From positions 1 to 54,217 of IMG/VR virus record IMGVR_UViG_3300031965_000040: 54,217 nucleotides of DNA. One strand, given 5' to 3'. The notes beneath the pieces were generated by a model. That model did not search any database, was not told the DNA's origin, and was given only the letters and a program-made list of their open reading frames with translations. Positions 45,256 to 54,045 of this stretch are shown here, one piece after another. The first letter of the stretch is position 1; every line of letters starts with the position of its first letter. This DNA is from a virus (lineage: Duplodnaviria; Caudoviricetes). The position numbers and the translations under genes are program-made.

Positions 45256-46631
45256 ATAAACCCAGGTAGCTTGATTTTTTGATCGCTGTTGTAAACATTG
45301 CTAGATCGTTGAGACCCAACGATATTTCGCCGAACTGCGGCGGCTGTGAACGAGACCATTTCCTCGGCCATCTGCGCTGCGGCTTCTTCCTTGCGCTTAA
45401 GGTTCGAGACGACTGCGCCCTCAAGATCAGAAGCGAATACATGCACGTTCACGGGCTTGGTCTGCCCGAACCGCCAACATCTGCGAACCGCCTGATAATA
45501 GGATTCGTAGCTATCGGTCACGCCGACAAAGGCCATGTTCGCGCAGTGCTGCCAATTGAGTCCGAACCCGCAGATACTTGGCTTACTGACGATCACGCGC
45601 GCCTCGCCGCAGCGGAAAGCGTCAAGCGTCGATTCCTTCTCGTCGAGCGACTGCGACCCGCGGACTTCTATGGCGCCATCAATCGCTGCGGCGAGCATGT
45701 CAGATTCAACGTTGAGATCGCACCACACGACCCACGGCCCATGCGTTGCGTTTACCAGCTCGGCACACTCGCCGACTCTGGCTGTGACCGTATGGCGGCG
45801 GGCTGCGCGGCGCTCGCTCAAGGACGATGCCTGCATGGCGAACAGATTGCCCTCAATGATTGGCGCACCTTCGCTCTTGATCGTGTGCTGCTCGACGTTG
45901 AGCCACGGCAGTTCGTAGCGCGTGCCGTCGAAGCCCAAATCAGCCGGGTTGCGTACAACGGCCGCCCACGAACTGACCCACTCCCAGAACGCCGCGCGGG
46001 CATGGCCTTTCAAGCGCCAATCTTGAGTTTTGGCAGCATCGTGGACGAAGAACTCGGCGAGCATTTCCGGACGGCTGCAAACGCCTAAAAACTCAGCGTG
46101 CGTACCTAGCTCAGTCCAGTCGTTCGGTGCAGGCGTGGCAGTCGCACAAAGCTTGTAAGGCGTGCGAGCAAAGGTTTCTGTAAGCTGAGAAAATGATCGC
46201 GAGTCGTGGTGTTTGATGATGCTCGACTCGTCCAAGACGACGCCGGCAAGCTCCGAGCAATCGAACTTGTGAACCCGTTCGTAATTGGTAATGCAGATGC
46301 CTTCTATCGGCGTGGCTTCTCGGACGTGGCGGACTCCGATACCGACTCGCCGCCCTTCCTCGACTGTTTGCTCAGCCACCGCGAGCGGCGCCAGAATCAA
46401 AACACCGCCACCGTGGCGCTGTATGACCGCCTGAGCCCATGCAAGCTCCTGCCGTGTCTTGCCGAGCCCGGTATCCTCGAACAGCGCGCACCGGCCAACT
46501 CGAAGCGCCCATTTCGTAAGCACTGATTGGAAGTCGAATAGCTCACCGTTTACAACATCAACATCGAACCCGGCCGGCAGGCAGCGTGAAAGCTTGTTTG
46601 CTATGAACGTTGAATATTCCACGGCGCTCAC
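45243..46631 (-). CDS. SNF2-like superfamily II helicase
   Basis: DTGLGKT, LDESS, TATPAPND, GFGLNWQ, QAVRRCWRFGQ. Confidence 0.88.
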   Translation of the reverse strand: MSAVEYSTFIANKLSRCLPAGFDVDVVNGELFDFQSVLTKWALRVGRCALFEDTGLGKTRQELAWAQAVIQRHGGGVLILAPLAVAEQTVEEGRRVGIGVRHVREATPIEGICITNYERVHKFDCSELAGVVLDESSIIKHHDSRSFSQLTETFARTPYKLCATATPAPNDWTELGTHAEFLGVCSRPEMLAEFFVHDAAKTQDWRLKGHARAAFWEWVSSWAAVVRNPADLGFDGTRYELPWLNVEQHTIKSEGAPIIEGNLFAMQASSLSERRAARRHTVTARVGECAELVNATHGPWVVWCDLNVESDMLAAAIDGAIEVRGSQSLDEKESTLDAFRCGEARVIVSKPSICGFGLNWQHCANMAFVGVTDSYESYYQAVRRCWRFGQTKPVNVHVFASDLEGAVVSNLKRKEEAAAQMAEEMVSFTAAAVRRNIVGSQRSSNVYNSDQKIKLPGFICAA

Positions 46632-46912
46632 CCGCCCAACGCCCCGACATTCGCCCTCACCACCGTTTGACGCCGGTCCTTGGGATCGGGCTCGTAGTCG
46701 AACAGCCCGCGATCACGCAGGCCCCAGGCAACCCTCGATACCGTCGACATGGGCAGCCCCGTGCGGTCCCGAATGGCCGTGACGTTCGGCGCCGTACCGT
46801 TGGTCGCCTCGGCCGTTGCGAAGAACACGAGGGCCTCGGCGACCGTGTTGAAGCCGAGCTCGTGGAGCTGCCGGCAGGCTTGCGCCATGGATCGGATTTG
46901 CTGTTTTTTCAT
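46628..46912 (-). CDS. MarR-like winged-helix DNA-binding protein
   Basis: TGLPMSTVSRVAWGL...G......DPKDRRQT. Confidence 0.75.
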   Translation of the reverse strand: MKKQQIRSMAQACRQLHELGFNTVAEALVFFATAEATNGTAPNVTAIRDRTGLPMSTVSRVAWGLRDRGLFDYEPDPKDRRQTVVRANVGALGG

Positions 46913-47184
46913 TGGGTACTCCTTTCAGCGTCTGACTTGCGCCCCAATCCGTAGCGGTCCTGGGGTTGCGTGAAGCCATGCTCGAGCACGTGCTCCATGG
47001 CCTCGCGCAGTATTTTTTCGGCGTCGCTTCCGTAAACCAGGTGATCGTCGGTGCCGAAGCCGCCGCGGTCCACACGCGCTAGATACGGCTTCCCTGGCTT
47101 CGCATGTTGGCCGCACTTCACTATCTCAACGCTGTGCCCGCGGTCGAGGCAGCGCTGGATCAGGGCGAGAAGATCGTCGTTCAT
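46909..47184 (-). CDS. Hypothetical protein
   Basis: ATGA-coupled ORF. Confidence 0.55.
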   Translation of the reverse strand: MNDDLLALIQRCLDRGHSVEIVKCGQHAKPGKPYLARVDRGGFGTDDHLVYGSDAEKILREAMEHVLEHGFTQPQDRYGLGRKSDAERSTQ

Positions 47185-48530
47185 CCCGCCGCAGCCTCTT
47201 GCGCCTCGTCCTGCTGCTTGAGCATGCCGTCTTCAATTACGAATCCGACCTTGCCCGAGCTATCCACGACTTCGATCCAGCACTGCATGTCGTGCTCGTC
47301 GCAGAACTCGGCGAGCTGCTTCATCGAGTCCTCATCGAGCAACGAACCATCACGGATCCTGACGACCTTGAGCTTGCTGTTCAGCGCCGCCGCAATAGCA
47401 ACACTCGTGCGAAGCTGCTCAGCGTCGGATGCCTGCTCGAACGGCACGCCGGCGAGCGTCACTTCGCCGCTACCGAACGCGAGCCCGGGCACCGGCAGAT
47501 TGGCCGCGGCGATCGCCTTGGCCTTGGACTCGTTGCGCTCCTCCATTGCCTGGGTCAGTGTCTCGGCCTCCTGTTCGAGCAGCTCGGCCTTCGATTCGAG
47601 GTTGGCGCGCTGCTGCGCCTGTCCGACCAGGGCGTTGTGCTCCTTGGCGCGCTCGATCTGCTGACGGATGCCGGCGGTTTCGATCGGCGCGGGCAGCTCC
47701 TCAGCCGTGCGCAGCCGCTCGTCGATCTGATCGGCCTCGGTGATCTGCGCCTTGGCTTGGGCCTCGGCAATCTGCGCTCGCTCGAGCAGTTCCTGGGCGC
47801 GTTGGCGCAGCTCGGCGGCCTTCTCTTGCTCCCGCTCCGACGCCACTCGCAGGGCCCCAGCGTCGCCAGCGAGGCGCTCGCGGCGAGCACGCCGCGTCTC
47901 GATCTCGGCGTTGCGCTCGCCGGCCTTCTCAAGCTCGTCGACCAGCGCCGACTCGTCGATCGTCTCCATCGCGATATCGGTCGGGACTGCGATGCCTTCG
48001 GCCTGCGCCCGCAGCTCCTTCGCCCGTCGGTTGATATCTCGGCGCTTGTGGTAGTCGGCCTCGTTCTGCGCTTCGATGCCGTCAAAATCCACGCCTGGGA
48101 CCAAGCGCTTGAGCATGTCCGCCTGCTCCTTGGCCGGCGCCCGGGCGAACGCGAGCGGATCGAAGCTCAGCGCTCCGAGCAGATCGTCGAGAAGTTTCTG
48201 CGGCGACCGGAAGATGGCGCCATCGGGGCTCTCGACAGTGAGGTTCGTCGTGTACTCCTCCCCGTTCTTCTCCTTGGTGAACGTCCGCGTGACGATCAAT
48301 TCGACTTCGCGATCGCCGAGGCTCACCCGAATGGTGGACTTGCGTTGACCCTTGCGAATCGGTTGCGGCGGTGCGACGGATTTGCCGGCCAGCGCGACAT
48401 GTATGCTGTCCAACAGGCTCGACTTGCCATGGCCGTTGCGCCCGGTGATCTGAATCAATGATCCGTCTGGCCGTATCGCTATTGCCTTGATGCGTTTGAA
48501 GTTTTCGCTGCGAAGTTCGATGATGCGCAT
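47181..48530 (-). CDS. SMC/RecN-like ABC-type ATPase with coiled coil
   Basis: ENFKRIK, GRNGHGKSSLLD, long coiled coil, QASDAEQ signature, RDGSLLD. Confidence 0.85.
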   Translation of the reverse strand: MRIIELRSENFKRIKAIAIRPDGSLIQITGRNGHGKSSLLDSIHVALAGKSVAPPQPIRKGQRKSTIRVSLGDREVELIVTRTFTKEKNGEEYTTNLTVESPDGAIFRSPQKLLDDLLGALSFDPLAFARAPAKEQADMLKRLVPGVDFDGIEAQNEADYHKRRDINRRAKELRAQAEGIAVPTDIAMETIDESALVDELEKAGERNAEIETRRARRERLAGDAGALRVASEREQEKAAELRQRAQELLERAQIAEAQAKAQITEADQIDERLRTAEELPAPIETAGIRQQIERAKEHNALVGQAQQRANLESKAELLEQEAETLTQAMEERNESKAKAIAAANLPVPGLAFGSGEVTLAGVPFEQASDAEQLRTSVAIAAALNSKLKVVRIRDGSLLDEDSMKQLAEFCDEHDMQCWIEVVDSSGKVGFVIEDGMLKQQDEAQEAAAG

Positions 48531-48579
48531 TGGTGCTCCTGCTAAAAAGATATGTCGTCGTCCGGATTGCCGTCGCCCA

Positions 48580-49671
48580 TTACAACTCCTGCTGCCCGCC
48601 CTCGCCCTGTAGCGCCTCGCGCTCCTCGAAGCTCTCGCGCATCTCGTCGTAAGCCGCCTGGAGCTCCAACGGCATCGCCGCGCCCTTCAACCGCTTCGCA
48701 ACAGCGGTCCACTTGCCGACGAGCGCCTTAAGGTCCTTGGATCCGCGCAACGCCTTCTCCTCGGCCGCGATATCGAAGCCTTCGGGGAGGGGCGTCTCGG
48801 CTGCGGCTTGCTCATCGGCGGCGGTGACTTCGCCGGTCTCTGGGTCGATGGTTTCGGCTGTCGGTGCGTCGCCGACCGGCAGCGTCGGCAGGCTGAGCAT
48901 GGCCTTGGCAGCGGCGGTGCCGCTTTGAGCGATCTGCCTCTGCCCGGGCGTGTTGACATCGTAGAACTCGTCGTCGCGGCGAATGACAGCGTCGAGGTCA
49001 GTGCTCATCGGCAGCCGCTTCGACAGGCGACGGATGACGGTTTTCTTCGCCATTTCGTCGTACCAGCTTTTCCAGGGCCCGGTGTCCTTCGCTTTGCTGA
49101 TCTCGCGTACCTGCTCGACCTGCCCGCGCGTCATGACCTCGACGTAGCGGCCATCGTCCTTTGTGATCGCAACGGCGTAGGCGGCGAGAAACTTGCCGCG
49201 ATCGTCGATCAGTGCCGGGTGGTGGAGAACGTGCTCCCCAAGATCATCGATGAAGTACCGAAACTCGTCCTTCTCGTAGGCGACGTTCACGGTCAACTGC
49301 TTGAGCTCGCCGGAATTGCGGACCTTCTTGAGGATGCCGAACACCATCGGCATGTATTGGACCGCCTTGATCCACGTATCCGGTCCGTTCGCGTTCTTGA
49401 CCTTGTTGTTGAAAATCACGAGCGCGGCCTCGCGCCCATCCGGTACAAGCCCGTCCTGCGCAGCCTTCACGCACGACGTCAGCAGCGTTCGCCGGTCAGC
49501 GTTGCGAAGGTCCGGCGACTGCGCGATCGCGGTCATGACGACACGCATGAACCGTTCGGGTGTGACGTGCTCCGGCAAGACCTTGGCGATCTCCGGTTGA
49601 AGAACCTCGAGTTCCTGCGCGAGCGTAGGCTCCTGTTGTGCGGTAGCCTTCGGTACTGTTGCCATGTTCAT
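48580..49671 (-). CDS. recT: RecT-family recombinase
   Basis: LP.H.TPERF.R, AAQDGL.PDGREA.L, G......RNSGE, GPW..WYDEMAKKTVIRRL.KRLPMS. Confidence 0.92.
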   Translation of the reverse strand: MNMATVPKATAQQEPTLAQELEVLQPEIAKVLPEHVTPERFMRVVMTAIAQSPDLRNADRRTLLTSCVKAAQDGLVPDGREAALVIFNNKVKNANGPDTWIKAVQYMPMVFGILKKVRNSGELKQLTVNVAYEKDEFRYFIDDLGEHVLHHPALIDDRGKFLAAYAVAITKDDGRYVEVMTRGQVEQVREISKAKDTGPWKSWYDEMAKKTVIRRLSKRLPMSTDLDAVIRRDDEFYDVNTPGQRQIAQSGTAAAKAMLSLPTLPVGDAPTAETIDPETGEVTAADEQAAAETPLPEGFDIAAEEKALRGSKDLKALVGKWTAVAKRLKGAAMPLELQAAYDEMRESFEEREALQGEGGQQEL

Positions 49672-50597
49672 TTTCTCCGTTGAATCAGCTTGTTAAGAAA
49701 GGGTCGGACGCTGGCCTTGTCGACGAGATAATCCTCGTGGACCTCCGGGTTTTCCTCGGCGAATTTCTTTTCGTCGAATTTCGTTGACGGCTTGTTGGTG
49801 CGCCAGGTCGCAAGCGTCTTGCCCCGCTGGTCGACGAGCTCGCCGGCCTCGCCCATGAATTTCTTGACCTCGAGCGAGAGCCCGGCTTCCTTCTCGGTCG
49901 CCTCTTTCAGCAGGCCCTTGAGCTCGGCGTGCTCAGCAAGCGTGGCCTCGATCTCGGGAGTGGCTGTCACCTTCGTATCCAGGTGCTTCGGCCATAGCAG
50001 CTTGACGTCTTCTGACGTCTCCGGCGCCGGCGGGCGGCGTTCCTCGACGTGCTGCCAGAACTCGCGCACACCGGCCAGAATCGCAACGGCCAGTTGCTCG
50101 TCATAGGCGATCTCGAAGATGTGACGCTCGTTGCCGCCGACCAGGGCGCCCAGGAGCCAGCGACGCCTCTGCGTGATCTCCATGTAGCCGACGCACTGGA
50201 TGAGGTCGCGCATCGGGACTTGGTCGGTGCCGTCCTCGCCATACTCATCGATGAAGATGAGCCGGTCGCGATTCTTGAACTCGATACCGCAGTCGAGCGC
50301 CTCGATCAGGCCATCAGGATGACCGACGAGCGGCGCGTCTGCATGAAAGAGCGTGTCCGGTAGTGTGGTAATCGGGTGGCCGAGCTTGCGCGAGAATAGC
50401 TCGCGGATGCCGGCCTCGAGTACGACGCCGCACTCGACGCGCTCGTTGTCCGAGAAATCGAGGTCCGGGAGCTCGCCGACCTTGCGCTTGTAGAGCTCGA
50501 GGCGACTGACGCGCGGGTCCTTGCCGAGCGCCGCGAGCAATTCGGAGCAGCCGACGCCGCGCTTGCGGGCGTGGATCTGTTCTGTGGTCAAACTCAT
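49668..50597 (-). CDS. YqaJ-like (lambda exonuclease family) nuclease
   Basis: R.RGVG.SE..A.LG, G..LE, GHPDG, IEFK, QC..YM; partner of RecT. Confidence 0.88.
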   Translation of the reverse strand: MSLTTEQIHARKRGVGCSELLAALGKDPRVSRLELYKRKVGELPDLDFSDNERVECGVVLEAGIRELFSRKLGHPITTLPDTLFHADAPLVGHPDGLIEALDCGIEFKNRDRLIFIDEYGEDGTDQVPMRDLIQCVGYMEITQRRRWLLGALVGGNERHIFEIAYDEQLAVAILAGVREFWQHVEERRPPAPETSEDVKLLWPKHLDTKVTATPEIEATLAEHAELKGLLKEATEKEAGLSLEVKKFMGEAGELVDQRGKTLATWRTNKPSTKFDEKKFAEENPEVHEDYLVDKASVRPFLNKLIQRRK

Positions 50598-50860
50598 TGC
50601 AGCCGGCTCCCTTCTGTCGCGACAAACACCCGCGCCTCTGCGAGTTTTTCGGCGAAGTCCTGCTGAAAAGCGTCCCAATCGAAGGGGCTTTCGAACACGT
50701 TCTCGGATGTCAGAATCACTTGCAGCAGGTAGCTCGTCACAAACGACATCACCGTGTTCGGATGCGCATCGGCAAAGCGCCCGTTGACGAAGTTGATCAC
50801 GTCAATGATGGCGGCGTCGTCGACCGACTCGACTGGAGGGCCTATAACATGCACGGTCAT
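50594..50860 (-). CDS. Hypothetical protein
   Basis: Coupled ORF with GGAGG SD. Confidence 0.55.
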   Translation of the reverse strand: MTVHVIGPPVESVDDAAIIDVINFVNGRFADAHPNTVMSFVTSYLLQVILTSENVFESPFDWDAFQQDFAEKLAEARVFVATEGSRLQ

Positions 50861-51228
50861 CGCAGCGCCTCCCGATTCATCTCGCGCCGTTTCACCCCAA
50901 GCCGAAACGAAAGCAGCGCGCCCATGTCCTTGAGTTCTTGCGTCCGCGGGTCGACCGGCACCCCCTCCTCGAGGTAGTCGGCGAAGCGGCGGTGATACTC
51001 GGCCAGCATCTCCGGGTCCGGCGTCGCAATCACGTCGTCGTGCCGCACGACATACGAGGGATGCTCGTGCCAGTCGGAGTCGTAGATATCGCCGATGAGT
51101 CTGCGGTTGATCGGCAGCCAGCGCGCGCGCGTGCCGTTGACACCGGCGAAGGCGAGGTCGCCGGAGCGCAGTACTTCGCCGTTCAGAACGTGGTGGTGGT
51201 TGGGCGGGCGGAGTTTCAGTTCGTGCAT
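50857..51228 (-). CDS. Hypothetical protein
   Basis: TAATG-coupled start MHELKL. Confidence 0.55.
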   Translation of the reverse strand: MHELKLRPPNHHHVLNGEVLRSGDLAFAGVNGTRARWLPINRRLIGDIYDSDWHEHPSYVVRHDDVIATPDPEMLAEYHRRFADYLEEGVPVDPRTQELKDMGALLSFRLGVKRREMNREALR

Positions 51229-51449
51229 TACCAATTCCCTCCAGCAGTCGCCGCTTCTCCGGTCGTGCAGGGACCGCACATGCCGGTCAGCGGATGCACA
51301 GGCTTCTCGCCGCAGACTTCGCATGAGCGCGTCCAATCCGGTGCTGTGCAATCGCTACACACGAAAGAGACCTTTTTGCGGAGAGCCATGTTCTTGGGAA
51401 CGTCGAATTGCTTTCCGCACTGTCCGCACTGGACCGAGACCTGCTGCAT
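51228..51449 (-). CDS. Multi-CxxC zinc-finger microprotein
   Basis: CGQC, CSDC, CEVC, CGPC. Confidence 0.6.
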   Translation of the reverse strand: MQQVSVQCGQCGKQFDVPKNMALRKKVSFVCSDCTAPDWTRSCEVCGEKPVHPLTGMCGPCTTGEAATAGGNW

Positions 51450-51628
51450 CAGTGGTTCTCCGCGTAGAACGGTCTCGGACACTCGCATTGCGTAGCAGTC
51501 ATCGCTCCGCATACATGGCAAAAAGGTGTCGGGTCGTCCTCGATAACGCAATCGCATTTTCCAGAAGCCGGGCACTGGCGCTGCAAGTAATCGCACCAAG
51601 CACGTGGCCCCTGCTTTGAACGAGTCAC
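51449..51628 (-). CDS. Cys-rich microprotein
   Basis: 8 Cys in about 59 aa; coupled at both ends. Confidence 0.5.
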   Translation of the reverse strand: MTRSKQGPRAWCDYLQRQCPASGKCDCVIEDDPTPFCHVCGAMTATQCECPRPFYAENH

Positions 51629-51951
51629 AGTTCTATCCCCTGCTGATCGAGCACCACCCAAGCGATGCCCGGATATACGTCCTCGATCATGTAGCGCAAA
51701 AATGCCTCGTCGTATGAGAGGCGCACATCGAATACCTTGCCGTCAGAGTCATGGATAGAAGCCTTGCTCATGCGCTTTCCGTGCTCGTCTTTGTAGATCG
51801 TTAGCGCGCAGAAGTTGACGCAGGCGTGAGGCTGATACGGGTGCTCTTGTTGGCGGTTACAATCGGGGCAACGCCAAAGGAATTGATTCGGCACTGAGTT
51901 CACGACTTGCTTGCTCACGCCCTGAACAGGCGAAACTTTATCGGTGCTCAT
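51625..51951 (-). CDS. Hypothetical protein (CPDC motif)
   Basis: ORF starting MSTDKV. Confidence 0.5.
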   Translation of the reverse strand: MSTDKVSPVQGVSKQVVNSVPNQFLWRCPDCNRQQEHPYQPHACVNFCALTIYKDEHGKRMSKASIHDSDGKVFDVRLSYDEAFLRYMIEDVYPGIAWVVLDQQGIEL

Positions 51952-51961
51952 CGTCCCGCCC

Positions 51962-52162
51962 TCATCGGTCGCCACGATCCTTTGTCGCGATGCCTTCCCA
52001 ATTCGATTTAGTAAACCAAGTCCGCGCGCCGCATTCACAACGCACGTTGATAAGCGGCTGGTTACTCATCTGACGATTCATTCTGTAGTCCAGCGCTCCG
52101 TTCGCTTTACGAGCCGGAGTCCAGTCGTGGTAATGGTCTTTGTCTGTCGAGGGCGCGGTCAT
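51962..52162 (-). CDS. Hypothetical protein (HYHDW...CECG)
   Basis: TGATG-coupled start. Confidence 0.5.
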   Translation of the reverse strand: MTAPSTDKDHYHDWTPARKANGALDYRMNRQMSNQPLINVRCECGARTWFTKSNWEGIATKDRGDR

Positions 52163-52434
52163 CAGCCGCACCCGTAAGAGCCGACGCTAATGCCGGTTCC
52201 GCGACATAGATCGTGAGCCACATCGATGTGCGGCGAGTCCTTGGAAATGTTGAAACCTACCGCATAACCGCGAAAGCCATCAGGATCTTTCAGGTAGACC
52301 CACAAGCCTTCCCAAACGGTTCCGCGATTGCGGTAAGTGGCGTGATGAAAAGTGCCGTTCGCGAGCACACGCTTCAATTCCTCGAAGTTCTCGTCGTGGC
52401 GGATGTCTTCGCTGCTCGTGTTCTGCTGTCCCAT
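52162..52434 (-). CDS. Hypothetical protein
   Basis: 90-aa ORF in the PL operon. Confidence 0.55.
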   Translation of the reverse strand: MGQQNTSSEDIRHDENFEELKRVLANGTFHHATYRNRGTVWEGLWVYLKDPDGFRGYAVGFNISKDSPHIDVAHDLCRGTGISVGSYGCG

Positions 52435-52578
52435 CTACTGAGCCCTCACAATCACCAACCCATCCCTCGGTTCGTACTTGATCGAAAACCCTCCAGTCGC
52501 TAAAGCGCGGGCGAGGTCGACAAGGATTGTGTCGGGGTGGATTTGGACGGTTACAGTTTCGGTCGATGGCGCGGTCAT
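52435..52578 (-). CDS. 47-aa hypothetical protein
   Basis: MTAPSTETVTVQIHPDTILVDLARALATGGFSIKYEPRDGLVIVRAQ; TAATG coupling, GAGG SD. Confidence 0.5.
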   Translation of the reverse strand: MTAPSTETVTVQIHPDTILVDLARALATGGFSIKYEPRDGLVIVRAQ

Positions 52579-52808
52579 TACGCGATCCTCTGCGAATGCA
52601 GCTCGCGTGCATCAGCCCAACGCTCTGCGGCTTTGCGGCCCGTTGACCAATGCACGAGCGCGTCGCCGTCGAACACACCGTACAGCGGCCTTCGCTTCGT
52701 CATGTTTGCGGCATAGCTGAACAACGTCTCGGAGACTTGCTCGGCCGTGAACGGCTTTGGGAACAAGATTCCGCTTTGGACGGGGACGGTTTCGGTGTGC
52801 TGTTCCAT
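52578..52808 (-). CDS. First gene of the PL operon, hypothetical
   Basis: GGAG SD just downstream of PL. Confidence 0.6.
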   Translation of the reverse strand: MEQHTETVPVQSGILFPKPFTAEQVSETLFSYAANMTKRRPLYGVFDGDALVHWSTGRKAAERWADARELHSQRIA

Positions 52809-52843
52809 TTGAGGCTCCGGCTAGTGGTTGTCGGTCCTTAGAT

Positions 52844-52882
52844 TTGCAGTATCCGCAAAATACTGGGTTGCGTCAAGCGCAA
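52844..52882 (-). promoter_or_regulatory. PL-like promoter overlapped by two operators
   Basis: Minus strand TTGACG-N17-GATACT; operators TTGCAGTATCCGCAA (52844) and TTGCGTCAAGCGCAA (52868). Confidence 0.85.
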
Positions 52883-52932
52883 AACGAGAATTATTTTATA
52901 GGCCCCGGCAGGGCGAGGCTATAGGCGGGTCG

Positions 52933-53298
52933 TCAGATCTGGGTGAGCAGGAATTCAGCGTATCTTTGGAGCTCTGCCCGCTTAGACGGCGGGAGCTGCT
53001 CGACGATCGCCATTAAGCCCGCCAAGTCATTTTCCCCTCTTTCTGCCAGTCGGAGCAAATCGGATGCGTTCAGGCCAAGCTCAAGCGCTACAGCGTTAAG
53101 CTGGGCTTCTGGCGGCCATTGCTCTCCGCGCTCGACTCGGGACAGGTTCCCAGCATCCGAGCCGATCGCGTCGGCGACATCATCGAGGGTTCGATCTTGT
53201 CCTTGGCGGACTTTCCTGATGGCCCAGCCGACGCCTCGATAACCCATCGGGCGGGCGGCAACCATATCGGGGCTTACTGTCGTTGAGAGCGGGTCCAT
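52933..53298 (-). CDS. CI-like repressor (XRE HTH, no S24 peptidase domain)
   Basis: IRKVR....TLDDVADAIGSDAGNLSRVERGEQWP; divergent from cro. Confidence 0.85.
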   Translation of the reverse strand: MDPLSTTVSPDMVAARPMGYRGVGWAIRKVRQGQDRTLDDVADAIGSDAGNLSRVERGEQWPPEAQLNAVALELGLNASDLLRLAERGENDLAGLMAIVEQLPPSKRAELQRYAEFLLTQI

Positions 53299-53304
53299 TA
53301 TTCA

Positions 53305-53358
53305 AAGCGGGATCCGCAAAAATAGCCCCTTGCGCAAATTTGCGGTATGCGCAATACT
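53305..53358 (+). promoter_or_regulatory. PR-like promoter and OR operators
   Basis: TTGCGC-N17-AATACT (53330-53358); operators AAGCGGGATCCGCAA (53305) and TTGCGGTATGCGCAA (53340). Confidence 0.75.
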
Positions 53359-53364
53359 CCCCGC

Positions 53365-53580
53365 ATGCCGAAGCTAAATTTGCGGGAAGCGCGACAGCAG
53401 CGAAAGCAGACCTTAGAGGAGGTCGCCGCCGCTACTGATCTCGATGTGGGGAACCTATCTCGCATAGAGCGCGGCGTGCAGTTGCCGTCACGAGAGGTCG
53501 CAAGAAAGCTGTTCGAGCATTTTGGGGGGAAGGTGGATCTGGGCGTCATTTACGATCCCGATCACAAAGCCGCCTGTTAG
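53365..53580 (+). CDS. Cro-like HTH repressor
   Basis: LREARQQRKQTLEEVAAATDLDVGNLSRIERGVQLPS. Confidence 0.85.
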   Translation: MPKLNLREARQQRKQTLEEVAAATDLDVGNLSRIERGVQLPSREVARKLFEHFGGKVDLGVIYDPDHKAAC

Positions 53581-53645
53581 TTGTTATTCGTGAAGCCACT
53601 GTAAGCACGGCTGGCTTTTATTTTCAACGAATCCGGGACATTAGG

Positions 53646-53810
53646 ATGTATTTACGCCGAAACCGTCGCCCGCGATTTGACAAGACACCCATCGCTGTAA
53701 AGCCACGCCCGCGCCGTTTGGGGGCGATTTTAGACGGTGACAACGTCGCCATCATCGCGACGAACCTCAAGATTCAGGCGGGGATACCGCAGGATCGGAT
53801 TTCGCGGTGA
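53646..53810 (+). CDS. 54-aa basic ORF in the cII position
   Basis: MYLRRNRRPRFDKTPIAVKPRPRRLGAILDGDNVAIIATNLKIQAGIPQDRISR (translated by hand). Confidence 0.35.
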   Translation: MYLRRNRRPRFDKTPIAVKPRPRRLGAILDGDNVAIIATNLKIQAGIPQDRISR

Positions 53811-53883
53811 GGGCTCAGTTTCGGCCTGGTCCCGTCCCGAGCGCGTCTCCCACGGCGCTCGTCCCTGGCGCGGGGCCGAGACC

Positions 53884-54039
53884 ATGAACCGCAAGGCCGA
53901 GCGGCTGTGGCGAGACTATCTCGCCGAGACCGACCCGACGGCCGCCGAGATGCTGTACCTGCAATACCTGCAGGCGATCAGAGAGGCGACGCCAGAAACA
54001 CCCGGCGAGCGAGACGATATCGCGGGGCGCGCCGCATGA
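53884..54039 (+). CDS. Hypothetical protein
   Basis: MNRKAERLWRDY...GRAA; ATGA overlap with the junction-spanning gene. Confidence 0.55.
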   Translation: MNRKAERLWRDYLAETDPTAAEMLYLQYLQAIREATPETPGERDDIAGRAA

Positions 54040-54045
54040 ACCGCG

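Noticed and set aside
47199-49683. Long plus-strand ORFs (420 and 291 aa)
   Set aside because: Antisense shadows of the SMC-like ATPase and RecT genes
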